Source of the DNA: Eledone cirrhosa | Lineage: Eukaryota | Assembly (NCBI GenBank): GCA_964016885.1 | Contig: OZ024743.1 | Span: 252,402,001 to 252,466,000, forward strand | Reading direction: 5' to 3' | Length of the DNA stretch: 64,000 bases | Shown: positions 11,965 to 25,130 of the stretch, piece after piece | Position numbering within the stretch: position 1 is the first letter of the stretch | How the letters are laid out: each line of letters starts with the position of its first letter | The notes under the pieces: generated by a model | Seen by the model: the letters and a program-made list of their open reading frames with translations, nothing else | The model's database searches: none | Told to the model about the DNA's origin: nothing | Position numbers and translations under genes: made by a program

Positions 11965-12116
11965 TTGAAATATATATAATGAAATAAATATGGTTTTATA
12001 AATATAGTTTCCATTTATTAATATCGTATATCTACTCCAAATATTTGTCGAGTGCTTTATATCAGTTATAAAAATATTTGCTTGTTGTATCCCAACAATT
12101 TAAATAAAACTTTTGC

Positions 12117-12135
12117 ATATATATATATATATATG

Positions 12136-12220
<85 letters not shown>
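12117..12220. repeat. (TA)n microsatellite, one of more than 20 (e.g. 32066-32322, 32500-32556, 38802-38847, 41309-41385, 47206-47260, 56119-56178, 58488-58550)
   Basis: Directly visible. Confidence 0.98.
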
Positions 12221-12223
<3 letters not shown>

Positions 12224-12346
12224 GGAGGTGAGTTTTATTGTAGTACAATACAGCAATGCAGAAATCGGATAAGTAGCACTCTACAGTTTGTAGGGCTGGA
12301 GTATAAATAATATATAAAATCAAAAGATGGTTAAAAGAGTTCCATG

Positions 12347-12417
12347 TATTTTATTATGCGCATTTCAAAAACAAATATCATCATGCAATAACATTTGCGT
12401 TATCGTCAGATAAAATA
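12347..12417 (-). ncRNA. Type-I hammerhead ribozyme in a PLE-derived pLTR
   Basis: Minus strand: TATTTTAT CTGACGA [stem II region] GAAA TGCGCA TA ATAAAATA. 8-bp stem I, palindromic stem III ATGCGCAT, AUA cleavage triplet. Confidence 0.8.
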
Positions 12418-12952
12418 GGGAGACATGATATGAAGGTTAAAAAACACTTGTGAATAGTGCAGTTTTAAATCAACATATGAAAAGTAGTTTTAGATTGATG
12501 TGTAATATTTGGAAAAAAATTGAGGGAGGCGGGGTTGGAAATGATGAAAAAGAGGAGGAGATGAATGAGAGTAAAAAGTGGAGGGGGAGGAGTATAATGA
12601 GGAAGGATGAGATAGGAGGAGAGATGGGTGATAGAGAGAGAGAGATAGCTTTTATAACTGAGAAAAATATATTGTTTTACATAGAGAGGTTAAAAAAACC
12701 GTTGGAAGATAATATATAAATTAAAAGAATTTGAAAATTAACGAAGAGAAAAATTTTAGAATAATGTTAAATTAAGGTTTGTTTATTGAAGGGTTTAATA
12801 ATATGTGCAATGAAAAGAAAATGTTAATATGTATTAAGAATAATATTTAAGGGTTTAATAATATGTGCGATGGAAAGAAATTGTTGATATGTATTATTAA
12901 AAAATATAAAAATATAACAATAGTAATGTAATTAAGGATATATTGTGAAAAG

Positions 12953-12995
<43 letters not shown>

Positions 12996-13150
12996 ACAAC
13001 AAAAGAGGGAACTCCAACCCTATCCAATGTTGTAACCACAAATCCAATAAAAAACTACTCTCTGAACAAACAAAAAGATCTTTCTTTTTTAGCCATGAAC
13101 CTGGCAAAAGAGATAGAGAAAAACATTTTAGCCATCACCCAACACAATCC

Positions 13151-13820
13151 TTGCTGTCACTAACACACAATCACAAAACAAGCCCCCTGCTTCAGTCAAA
13201 ACCAGCCACCACACTAGCCTCCACATTCTTACTCAATACACAAGGTATCAGCCCAACCATCAATGCACAGAAATGGAAGATCCAATTCATTGAGGATTGG
13301 GTTGGTAACCATCCATTTCACATCCCCTTCTTCATTCTTACTGAGACCCACCTTGATAACTCCCACTTGGAGGCCGAAGTAAGAGTGAGAAATTTCAAAT
13401 GTGCGGATCGTGTTGACAGAAGAAAGGGTAGAACTGCCATTTTCCTGCATGATTCCTTTACGGCAGATGGCAACGCAACATTCTCTAATGGATACTGTGA
13501 ATCAGTCACTGTGCTCAATAAAGCCAATGACCTGACATTAGTTGGGCTCTATAGGCCACCACAAACACCCATAATCTGCTTCAAAGAATGCCTCAACAGT
13601 ATTAAATGCATTATTAAACAGTGCCATTCTAGCAACATACTTTTGATGGGAGACTTTAATCTACCCTGTGTCGATTGGTCTACATGTAGTTTGAAACCAG
13701 GCTCCACAGCCTCAACCACTGACAAAGAGGCTGTCGAGTCACTTCTTGACTTTATGAATGAGTTTTTCTTGTCCCAACTTGTCCTTGCACCAACGAGGCA
13801 TCAGAAGAACATTGATCCCC
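13151..13820 (+). pseudogene. APE endonuclease fragment of a CR1/L2/Jockey-group LINE
   Basis: LNTQG, LTETHL, DRVDRRKGRTAI, GLYRPP, LMGDFNLP, SQLV..PTR motifs; truncated, no RT downstream. Confidence 0.85.
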
Positions 13821-15097
13821 AGTATTCGGCTGCGCTTTCTAGCAACCAGCCTACTCGCCGTCAGGCACCAATCACAAGCTTTCTAACTTGACCACTAGCC
13901 ATGTGACAATTCTTAGCCATTTTGAATTCGTTTCTGGTGGGGATCATTTATGAAAAATCTTTGTCCAATTGTATCCTGATGATTTCGAAACTCGTGAATT
14001 TATCCAGGATCGGATATTTCCAAAAAGCAAATGAAACCTCATGGGGTAGAAACATAATTTTGGTATGTTTATGTACATTGTTTCTTCTAACTTTGATTTT
14101 GTACCTAATTGTGTATGGTTGGCTATATGTCTCATAAATTTCTCCAGGCTATTAGAAATACTAGGTAAATATTCTGTGGCTGTTGATCGTGGATAAAATA
14201 GCTATCATTTATTTATCTATTGTTTCTTCATAGGTACATTTTAAACTTATAGCCTCGTTTAATTGATTTTTTGTGTGGTTAATTGTGCTGATTGGGAGAA
14301 GAAATACTGTATATATTTTATCAAATGATTCTATGGACTTACTTTCTTATATATATATATATATATGCACACACATATATATGTATACACATGCACTCAC
14401 AGATACACTCTCACAGACACACATATATATATTTGCATGTGTGTGTCTCTGGTATATCTTCATGGCATCTTTCCTGGAAGCAGTGCTGGTTCTTTATGTC
14501 TCACATAAACAATACTGTTGTCGAATATTGCCTCGAGAAAGCTCTTATCCAATGCATGTAAACATTGAATATAAACAGAGAGAGAATTATTATGATGATG
14601 ATGATGGGTGTATGAAAGAGAGAGCGAGAGAGAGAATATGAGAGAATGTGTGTGTGTGGCACATTTTTAATGAATGAAACATTAGCTGTGATTTTATTTC
14701 CTAAGCAGTTGCAGGTCATAAAGTTTTTTACATCAATAATGTTTTTGGTCTCTTTTTCTTTTGTTGTTTAATTTTTTTTAAATTTTTATATTGTGTTGTG
14801 TTTTTATGACTTTATCTGTAATGATGGTAATGTGGAAGGCTGGTTGGCTATATATATGTGTGAGGTGAGGTGTTTAATGAAAAAACAGCAGTAGTTTTTT
14901 GTTGAACTTTTGACCACAGCCCTGCAAAATGTTTAAATTTATAGTTTTTCATTCACATAACAATCTCAACAACCATAGATATCTTCTATCTTTTTTTTAA
15001 ATCTCAGAAACTTAATAGCAATTGACTGACCTGCTCTTAACCCTTTAACTGTCTGTCTCTCATATTCCTATCTTACTTTCATTATATTCCACCACCT

Positions 15098-15161
<64 letters not shown>

Positions 15162-15256
15162 CACTTTCTCTACCTTGCTTACTTAAAATATTGTAATTAA
15201 TCCCAAAACAATATCAAATATTACAAAGGAATAACACATGTATTTCACCCCCCCCT

Positions 15257-15318
<62 letters not shown>

Positions 15319-15769
15319 GTATACACACACATACACACACACACAGAAAGAGAATGTGTGATAGATATATGAAAGAAAGATAATAAAACCATTTAGATGC
15401 CAATAATAATGACTGACCTATACAGACAGAATGATAAAACTACACAGAGGCTAAAGAGTTAAATAACAAGTGGATGCAGACCCACATTTCTGAATCATCA
15501 TCAACATCCTCATTCATCAGTTGCTTTCCCTGCTGGCGAGGTTTGTATGTGTCATTACAGAAAAAGTCAGTACTTAATCAGACCTAGTGATGGCCAAGGA
15601 ACTAAATCTTGCTTGCATATTTTCTTGTATGCTGAGTTCGAATCCCACCCTAATCAGTTTGGTTTTTATCCTTTTGGTAGCTGATAGATAAGATATCAAA
15701 TGAGGGACAGTAGATTGGCAGAATTATTAGAGTTGTGGGAGATTCTTTGTAGAAACTGATCTAGCTTTG

Positions 15770-15985
15770 TGGTAATTGACCTGATTTCGTGGTAGCTGAT
15801 TTGACTCTGTTGTAACTGATCTGACTCTGTGCTAACTTATATGACTCTGTGCTAACTAATCTGGCTCTGTGCTAACTGATCTGACTCTGTGCTAACTTAT
15901 ATGACTCTGTGCTAACTAATCTGGCTTTGTGCTAACTTATATGACTCTGTGCTAACTAATCTGGCTTTGTGGCAGCTGATCAGAC
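15770..15985. repeat. About 20-bp minisatellite (TGACTCTGTGCTAACTGATC variants)
   Basis: Roughly 10 diverged tandem units. Confidence 0.9.
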
Positions 15986-18900
15986 TCCTGACACCTTCTG
16001 TCAGGAGCTGTGACAGCAGCAGAAAGACCAATGGAAACATTGTTCCTTTGATTTGATTTCATGATCATCTCATCTTCTTCCTACTGTCAGCAGTTGTAAC
16101 AAACATATAGTACCAGCAATGGAAAGATTAATGTAAGCATTGTTTGCTTGGTCCAATCTCATAATCACCTCTTTTTTTTTTTTTTCTTGGCTGGCATTTA
16201 TTTGTGGAGGCATCCCTTCATAACTATTTTCAATAAAACATTATGTTATTAGTGTTGGAACAGTTCAAAGTTTATATCTACATTAGAATGGTCTCAGCTG
16301 GATGCCTGTAACAAGTAAAAGAGTAAAAGAATACATAAAGATATATAAGCCGAGAAATATGTGAGAATAAAAAATCAATGGTAAAATGGGAGGTCAATAT
16401 TCTGACTATTTTCATTATCTTCAAATTTTTCACAAATAAGATGCTGAAATACCTAGAGTGATTTTTTTTTTTTTTTTACATTTACAACATTGTCATGAGT
16501 GTTTTTTAAGCATTTCCTTGAGAATATTCACAACAAATTTATATAATTTGAACATTTTAATACATAAATATTCCCTACACATTCAAGCATACACACATGC
16601 ACATACATTCAAGTACATGTGTACTGATATTTTTTCTCTGTGGCTTTATTATACTTTTCTTTTAATCTTACTTTTGTTTTGTATTTTACTGCTCTCTCTC
16701 TTTTTCTCACACTGCTTTTCCTTTCTCTTGCTTGCTGACCCTCCCCTTTCTACTTTGAATCCTCATACAATGTTCTTTTAGTTGATTTTTTCCTTCTAGT
16801 CTTCCATAATCATGTCCTCTTTCACATAGTTTTGAACCTCCCTTAGTGTTTTTAACGATCTTGATAATGGTTACAGAAATTAAAATAAAAAATACTCAAA
16901 TCATATTTCTATGGTGTGAAAGGGTATACAAATAATATACCAAATTTTAGTGATTTTCAAGTGATAATTTGGCTATTTAAAAAACTTTTAACCAGCTTAC
17001 ATAAATTTTTTAAATCTAACTGAGTGAACTAATGAACTGATTTTTCAAAGTTACACTAGTGTTGAATATAGAATCACTTAACTAACTGAGTTAGGAGACA
17101 TGCTGGAATTATATAGGTGTAATTGTAAAAATCTACTTAAAGCTTTAATATATTGCTAAAAAGAAAAGAGAAGCAGAATACTCCCAGCATTTGAGTAGCT
17201 GGAAGTAAACAAAAAGTTGAGAAACTTGAAACATTATAAAATGGACGAAATAGTAAAACAATCTTTATGTAACGGAGTTAAATAACAAATTATGCTCTAA
17301 ATGCCACTTTAAATATTTTAAATATCAAAATATTAAAGCTTCATAAACATATTCTCCACTCCTGAGAATTACAAAACCATGCCATCAAAACATTATGTTT
17401 TGATTAGCTGCCTTGGCTTCCATACAGGGTTTAGATTTTTGCCCATTTCTCAGATCAGTACTATATTTTATCAAACTTGGAAAGATAAAAGGCAAAGTTG
17501 ATCTTGTGGGATTTGAACTCATAGCACAGAGTACCAGAACAAATACTATAAAGAATTCTGGCCACCACTCTGTCAACTCTGGAAAAAGTCAAGTGTTATG
17601 TTTTCAACAACCTTAACTATGGAATAACATCAAAAGCATGATAAAAATCTAAACTATAATAAAGTAAGAAGTGCGGGACTGCGTATGGTTTATAATTTTT
17701 TATCCCATTAGTAAAATAAGTTGGATTACTTTGAATAAATAATGAATGAATATTATATAATTTATCTACTAAATTTCGTGGCTGTTGATTAAATATATTT
17801 TGTTTATTTAAAGATTCACTTCTTTAAACATTTCTGAAACGTCAACACTTCCGGTTGGCCATCGCTTACTAATTTTCTGTCACTAATTTTCTCCTAATGC
17901 AGTTTATATATAATATCGTCTTTTTTAATGTATCATGGATTCCGTTACTGATTAAATAAGATAGTGTAACGCAGTCTTCGTTCAATTTCTATGTATTATA
18001 TATTGTCAATTACGATTTTATTTGATGTATCATATCTAGATGTATATATACCTGCGTATAATATCATTATACATACTACACATGCTAGCATAAAAACACC
18101 CGTGGGTGGTTTTTTTGCTACTTAACATAATGAAACAATATTATTAAGATCTATAAATTTATACATCAAAAGAGAAATAATAAAATTTATTAAATGGTTA
18201 ATATCCATAGGTCTGGCTCGTAAATAAATATAACTTTGATGATATGTTCATATTCTGACAAGTGCTTAGAAGTATTTATTCCAACGTTTTAAATACTGAG
18301 TTTAAATTCCATTGGAGTCAACTTTGCCTTTCATCGTTTCAGGGACGATAAAATAAAGTACCAGTTAAACACTGGAGTCAGTATAATCTACTAAATCCTT
18401 TCACCAAATTTTTAACCTTAAGCTGAAATTAGCAAGAAATATTCTTCATTATCCTCATCATCATGCATCCATTTTCCCTTGTTTCCATTGATTGGTTGGA
18501 TCTTCTCTAGCACAGCTCCACCCTACTTGTGATAATTCATCATCACCTCTGTGAGGTTCAGTGTTTCATGATCAACTCTCAACTCTTCTGCTTACATTTT
18601 CCTCACGATTCCTTTTTTACAGTTTCCGTCCACTTAGAATGTTTATCACTTCTTCACTCAATTACCATTATTCATACACATCACATGTGTATACTAACAC
18701 AAACTTCTTTCTTGCATGCTGCATTTGATCCCTCTGTCATGTGAAAGAATACTCAATCTTTACTACCCTTAATGATATGAGCTCAGGTTGTGTGGTAGAA
18801 CACTCTCTTGGTGCAAATTGCCTTGTGGTCCTCCAAGAGGAGAACAAGGGAAGTGTGTTGAAATAACTATTCCAACTCATAGGGTTCACACCTGCATATG

Positions 18901-21054
18901 GCACACTCCACTTTTATAGCAGTGAATAGGAAGATTTTATGGGTCCATGATTGCTGAACATCTCCACTGCCACAGGTTCAATGACAAAATTCCTCTTATG
19001 CCCAAACTTTTTCTCTCAGCTCATCTGTGCTTCATCTAACATAGCCACACAATTTCTCTTTTTATGCCAACTTCATTTCATTTCATTTTCTGCATTATTT
19101 TTAATGAGCAGAAAGTTCTTAGCCAGCAATGAATATTTTCTACAATATTCAATTTTTGTTTGGAACATAACTAAATTGGTAATTTAATAAAAAATCAAAG
19201 TAATTTTCAAGATATTCCAATGCCAAAAGTTACAGGAAATTTTCCAATGCATTTAAGTACCTTTCATATTAATCCTCCTCCTCCATTTCTATGCAAAGCA
19301 ATCTTTTCTTAATTTTCATCTGGCTGACATCTGACCTCTGCTGAACCTCTGCTACAAATCTATAAAAAATTGTGGTGCCAGACTAAAGAAAATAATTAAC
19401 TGAAACATAGTTTCATATATAGACATCACGGCACACATTAATAATACTTACTCGCATAAATATAAGGAATCTCTTTTAGTCTTGATGACAAACATCTGAT
19501 TGTTTTATCAACTGTGCATCTATCTTGGGAATTGAATTATTATGTAAGTGGCTGAGTATTCCATAGATATATGTACTGTTGACATACTTGACTAGCCCTT
19601 TGAATTACAGGTACAGTCCATCTTGTATTAGAGTGTAAGTGACTGAGTATTCCACAGACATATATGTAGCAAATGTGTTTTTATTGTTATTGGTGGTGAG
19701 AATTTATATTTGTCCATAGTTCAGTGGTTTATGTTCATTGTGGTGTGGCGGATGTTGTAGTTGTAATGATGTTAGCTTGATGGATAATTATGTATAAGGT
19801 AGAATTATCCTATATAAAGTGATGTGTGAAATGCAGTTGAATGAACAAATAAAACATGATTACTACTTAAATATATTTATCAATTTAATAACCTGCTATG
19901 AGGCTATTGTTGACAATGTAAGAAAACAAGGCTTAAGTTGTGGTGTATGTGGATGTGCAGTGATTTAAAAGATGTTATTTACTGTACTTCTGTAAAGCGA
20001 TAATGGTTGTTTACCTGGCAGAGAGAGAAATCAAGAGAGAGAGAGAGATCCAAAGGCATCTGTGTGAGACAGTGGATTATATCTTAACTACTCGGATTCA
20101 ACTCTGCAACCCTTCTCTTTGACTCTGGGAGAAGCTATTTATCACTATCATTCATTTTGTCTCCAGGACACAAGACATTTGCTATGTCAAAATCTTAGAC
20201 ATATTAGTGATTAAACTGATTCACAATGGGAACTTATCTATGAGGCTACTTGTCGAAAAAACTATTTTGCCGAGAGTATCAAATTATGGCTACATATGTA
20301 CCATTAACGTAAATTCCAAAGGTGAATCAGTGTGGTATGGATGGTACAATCAATTTGATGGACTTCCATGCAGTTTCTTTCTACCCAATTTCACTCACAT
20401 GGTTTGTGTCGACTGAAGGCTAAGGTAAAGTCACTTGCCCAAGTTATCTTGCAGTAGGATTCGAACCAGGACTTTATGATTGAGAAGCAAACTTCTTAAC
20501 CACTCAACCATGCCTACAACCATTAGTTTTTCATATAGACACACAGAAATAATTCTTTCGAAAATTGACATAAAGCCAGCAATTTGAAGTAATGGAAAGT
20601 CAATTATATTGACCCAGCACTTAACAACTACTTTATTTTATCAACCCTGGGAGACGGAAAAGAAAAGTTGACCTTGGCATAATTTGAAATCTGAAATTAG
20701 GAAGTCATGACTAAATGCCACAAAGAATTAGGTCTGATGCTCTACTGATACTGTCAATCCACCACCTTCTTAATAGTAATTATAATTCTTTCTAACAGCA
20801 CAAGGCCAGCAATTTGGGGGAAGAGGAAAGTTGTATTTAACTGGTATTTTATTTTATTGACCCCAAAAGGTCGAAAGGCCTAGTTGACCTCAGTGGTGTT
20901 TGAACTCGGAATGTAAAGAGTCAGATCAAATACTGCAAAGTATTTTTCTGATGCTCTATGAGCTTTGCGCTTCCACCACCCTAAATATAAAGGTCTCTGT
21001 CAGTTACAATGATTAGTGTTCTAGTTTGCTCAATAGAATGGTCTACTAATGAAA

Positions 21055-21480
21055 TTTATATGGCTGAGTATTCCACAGACATGTGAATCCATAACATAAT
21101 GTTCTGGGAAATTCACTGTGACACAGTGTATAGCAAGTCTGGTCATTTGAATTGCATATACAGTCTATCTTGTATAATACTGTAAGTGGCTGAGTATTCC
21201 ATAGACATGTGTAATTTTGACTTAATTCTCAGTGAGATTTAGTATGTCAGAATGTAACAATGCAGGCTCTTTGAATTACAGGTACAGTCCATCTTTTATT
21301 AGAGTGTGTAACAAGTTTGGCCTTTTGAATTATAGGTATAATTCATCCTATATTATAGTGTAAGGAGTTACATATTCTACTGATACATCTACCCTTAACA
21401 TGTAACCCTAATGCACATCACCCTGTCGCAATATGCGACAAGATTGGACTTTACAATTACAGATAATGTCTATCTAGCAG
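21055..21480. repeat. Diverged tandem repeat, related copy at 19540-19660
   Basis: Recurrent GTGGCTGAGTATTCCA(C/T)AGACA and TTGAATTACAGGTACAGTCCATC. Confidence 0.7.
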
Positions 21481-22089
21481 GCTTCCATACAGTTACTATT
21501 TAAACAATTTCACTTGTCGAAACACACACGCACATAAATACATACATACACACATTCATGCATACATACATAAATACATCATCATCATCATCATCATCAT
21601 CATCAGGTTTAGCGTCCGTGTTCCACGCTTGCATGGGTTTGGACGGGGGTTTTCCCACTTGAGGCAAGAGTGGTTGTCTTGCTCGCATAGGACTGTCTGG
21701 CGGGTTTTCTACAGTTGGATGCCCTTCCTAACACCAACCACATTTACAGTGTGGGGCTGGGAGGTTTTTACCGTGTTGCCTACACGGCCACATTACAGCG
21801 TGGACTGTCTGGCGGGTTTTCTACAGCTGGATGCCCTTCCTAACACCAACCACATTTACAGTGTGGGGCTGGGAGGTTTTTACCGTGTTGCCTACACGGC
21901 CACATTTACAGCGTGGACTGTGTGTTTTTTGTCGTAGCACCTACATGATCTCATTTGTTTCGGCCTGGATGTTGTGGGACCAACATAACTTTACATTGAA
22001 AGGGGCGGTGTGGGTGGGGTGGAGGTGGTGGGACGGGGGTGTGTTTTGATAGAGATGCCTACTGACTGTAGTAGGTTTTTACTTTGTAT

Positions 22090-24753
22090 TTAGGTAAGGC
22101 GGGTCTTCTCTATTACTGAGTACCGCCAAAGGTCTCGGTCCAGTGACATTGTCTTGGAGAGGTGTAAGCGTGTGAGGTCGGAATTTATCAGCTCGTCCCA
22201 TGTTTTTCTGGGTCTGCCTACTCCGTGGCTACCGTCTATCTTTATTGCCCTGCACTTTGTTATACAGCTGTCGTCTTTCATGCGCATCACGTGACCGTAC
22301 CAACGTAGCCTTCTCTCGAGTAAACAACATCTGATCCCTCTTATTTCTAATTTTTTCCTTAGTTCGTTTATGCTTTGCCGTTCACGTATATTACTATTGC
22401 ACATCCAGCGGAGCATGCAAGCTTCGTTCCTCTCTAGTCTGCGTATATCCTCTGCACACAATGCCCAGGTCTCACTGCCATGCAGCATTGCTGTTCGTAT
22501 GCAGGCATCGTATAACCTGCCTTTCATTTTTAGGGAGAACCCTCTAGCGGCTAATAGTGGTATAAGCTCTCTGAACTTTTTCCATCCAGTTCTGACTCTA
22601 GCTACTGTACTTTCAGAGCACCCTCCCCCACTGCTGATTTTGTCACCCAGATAACGGAAGCTGTCCACTATTTCTATAGAACCCTCTGCGCAGTTGAAGG
22701 AGCTAGTATTTTGTGGGCACTTGCTGCTACTTATTGCACCAGAGCACCGGCCACATGTAAAATCTATGTTCTTAGTTAGCTTACCTGTGATCCCACTACA
22801 TCTTTTATGCACCCATACTTTGCATTTGGGACATAAAATGGAGTTTCTACCTACGCCTTTCCTACACACTGAGCATGGCCATTTCCCCGATGGGACCGCC
22901 GCCTTATTTTCTTTCCTACAAACTAGAACTTTAGTCTTAGCCAGGTTAATTTTAAGGCCTTTTGATTCTAGGCCGTGCTTCCATGTTTGGAATTTCTTCT
23001 CTAGTTCGGTCATTGATTCAGCTATGAGCGTTAGATCATCTGCGTATAGGAGTTCCCATGGGCAGCCGGTCTTGAACTCCTCTGTTATAGCCTGAAGGGC
23101 AATAATAAATAGTAGGGGGCTAAGTACAGAGCTCTGATGGACACCAACTTTTACGCTAAACTCTTCACTATATTCGTTGTTAATTCTAACCTTACTGACT
23201 ATTTCTTTATACATGGTTTGTATAGCTCTCACAAGCCATTCGTCAACACCTAGTTTTCTAAGAGACCACCAGATAATGGAACGTGGGACTCTGTCGAAGG
23301 CTTTCTCCAAGTCGACAAAAGCTAAGTATAGGGGTTTACTTTTAGCTAGGTACTTCTCCTGTAGTTGTCGTACAATGAAAAGAGCGTCTGTGGTACTTTT
23401 GCCTGACACAAACCCGAACTGCATTTCATCTAGATCAATTCTCTCTCTGATTAGTTGCGCTATTACTTTTTCCGTGACCTTCATGACCTGGTCGATTAAT
23501 TTAATGCCTCTATAGTTACTCCTATCTAGGGCATCTCCTTTTCCCTTATAGCAGTTAACGATGATGCTGCTACGCCATTCCTTCGGAACAACCCCATTCT
23601 GTACGACTTGGTTAACTATCCGGGTGACCATGGTGTGTCCCACCGAACCAGATGCCTTCAGCATCTCAGCAACTATTTCCGAAGGCCCAGCCGCCTTACC
23701 CGTCTTCATATCTTTGATTGCCTTACTTATTATACTACCTTCAACTAACACTGCTGGTCCCTCTATTGGATCGATCTGGGGGAGACTGTCTTTCTCCCAT
23801 TTGTTCTCCTCATTTAGAAGCCTTTCGTAGTGACACTTCCAAGCTACCTTCTTATCAGCGTCGGTGATGGCAAGTATGCCATCATCGTTAAGTACACACT
23901 TCTCCCCGACAATATCACGGTTTTCCTTGACACATTGCCTGGCAATCCTGAACACCTCACGTTTTTGGTCCTCACGTTGTAGAACATGCTTGAACTTTCT
24001 TTCCTCTGCTTCCCTTCTTGCGAAGTACACTTGTCTCCTAGCTTCCCTCCTGGCCACTTGATAGTCTTCTCTACTTCCCCCATCCCGCCATACTTTCCAA
24101 GCCTGCTTTTTGGCCTTAATTGACTCCTCCACCTTACTGTTCCACCACCATGTTACTCTCTTCCTACCTACAGGCCTGCTCCAGCCACAGACTTCGTCTG
24201 CCGCCGTCAGCAGTTTTGCTCTCAGGAATTCCCACTGTTCCTCTATATTATACGACTCTAATTGCTCTTCCTTACTGTCGAAAGCGTCAAGTAATATGCT
24301 TTGAAATTTATTTCTGGCTATGGGGTCCTTTAGCTTCCATATTTTTCTCCTGAGGATAGTCCTCTTCCGCTGTCTAGTACGTCTCGTCCTGACTATGAGG
24401 TCGCTAATTATCAGTCTATGTTGGGAGGTGAATTCTTCATGGGGGTGGGATTTAGTGTTAACAACAGACACTCTGTCACGTCTTCTGGTAAGGATATAAT
24501 CTACCTGGCTTGTGTGTTCCCCCGATCTATAGGTGATCAAGTGATTGTCTCGTTTTTTGAAGTTAGTGTTACAGATAGTTAAGTTATTTGCGTCGCAGAA
24601 TTCCAGGATTCTGGAGCCTTCCTCATTTCTAGTACCGAACCCATAGCCTCCATGGTTTCCGTCATAGCCGTCACAATGTTGTCCAACGTGACCATTTAGG
24701 TCGCCTGCAATAACTATATAGTCACTGTCGGTTATTTGGGAGGTAGCGAGCAT
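22090..24753 (-). CDS. RTE LINE ORF: APE C-terminal half, reverse transcriptase, Cys/His finger insertion (887 aa open)
   Basis: AGDLNGHVG, SQHRL, YKGKGD...NYRGIKL, QFGF, FVDLEKAFDRV, GVHQSSVLSP, LYADDL, FRYLG, RRLRWYGHV, GRPRKTW. Confidence 0.93.
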   Translation of the reverse strand: MLATSQITDSDYIVIAGDLNGHVGQHCDGYDGNHGGYGFGTRNEEGSRILEFCDANNLTICNTNFKKRDNHLITYRSGEHTSQVDYILTRRRDRVSVVNTKSHPHEEFTSQHRLIISDLIVRTRRTRQRKRTILRRKIWKLKDPIARNKFQSILLDAFDSKEEQLESYNIEEQWEFLRAKLLTAADEVCGWSRPVGRKRVTWWWNSKVEESIKAKKQAWKVWRDGGSREDYQVARREARRQVYFARREAEERKFKHVLQREDQKREVFRIARQCVKENRDIVGEKCVLNDDGILAITDADKKVAWKCHYERLLNEENKWEKDSLPQIDPIEGPAVLVEGSIISKAIKDMKTGKAAGPSEIVAEMLKASGSVGHTMVTRIVNQVVQNGVVPKEWRSSIIVNCYKGKGDALDRSNYRGIKLIDQVMKVTEKVIAQLIRERIDLDEMQFGFVSGKSTTDALFIVRQLQEKYLAKSKPLYLAFVDLEKAFDRVPRSIIWWSLRKLGVDEWLVRAIQTMYKEIVSKVRINNEYSEEFSVKVGVHQSSVLSPLLFIIALQAITEEFKTGCPWELLYADDLTLIAESMTELEKKFQTWKHGLESKGLKINLAKTKVLVCRKENKAAVPSGKWPCSVCRKGVGRNSILCPKCKVWVHKRCSGITGKLTKNIDFTCGRCSGAISSSKCPQNTSSFNCAEGSIEIVDSFRYLGDKISSGGGCSESTVARVRTGWKKFRELIPLLAARGFSLKMKGRLYDACIRTAMLHGSETWALCAEDIRRLERNEACMLRWMCNSNIRERQSINELRKKLEIRGIRCCLLERRLRWYGHVMRMKDDSCITKCRAIKIDGSHGVGRPRKTWDELINSDLTRLHLSKTMSLDRDLWRYSVIEKTRLT

Positions 24754-25130
24754 CAGTGTCTCGTAGAATCTGTCTTTTATAGCGCGGGGCAGTCCGGATT
24801 TGGGGTGCGTACGCAGATATTACTGTCACCGTAGTTTTATTGAGGACAAGTCTTATTTTAATTATTCTGTCGTTCACTCTATTTACGTCTATTATCTTAT
24901 CTGCCCACTTTTCTGCTACCATGATTCCTACCCCACCCAACCCATTGTCATTTCCCACCCAGAAAAGCTTATAGCATCGTTCTTTACCCACGATGAATCT
25001 AGCCGACCCTCCCCTCCACCTGGTCTCTTGAATACAACAAACATCGACCTCCTTACGTTCAAGCATTTCTACAACCTCGTTAGAACGACCCTTTAAGGTG
25101 CCTACATTCATGGTACCAACTCTGAAGTTT
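24722..25130 (-). pseudogene. RTE LINE APE endonuclease N-terminal half, one frameshift near 24790
   Basis: MNVGTL, DVCCIQETRW, GGVGI, ISAYAPQ. Confidence 0.9.

Larger units (their letters stand above)
10325..12116 (+). mobile_element. Non-coding PLE-derived element: short inverted arm, AT-rich body, hammerhead-bearing pLTR and tail
   Basis: 10325-10380 is the reverse complement of about 11971-12030. The 3' end is homologous to 47520-47720 and ends in (TA)n. Confidence 0.7.

Noticed and set aside
12062-12323. ORFs rich in YIYI, CVCV or THTH (also near 32000, 42100, 50800, 56550)
   Set aside because: They are translations of (TA)n and (CA)n microsatellites.
19261-19359. Minus-strand exon-like segment with AG and GT ends
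   Set aside because: The best frame ends in a stop, the donor is weak, and it lies next to decayed LINE sequence.
22370-24353. Plus-strand ORFs over the RTE (and 43666-45989 over the PLE)
   Set aside because: Antisense shadows of retroelement ORFs with no motifs of their own.
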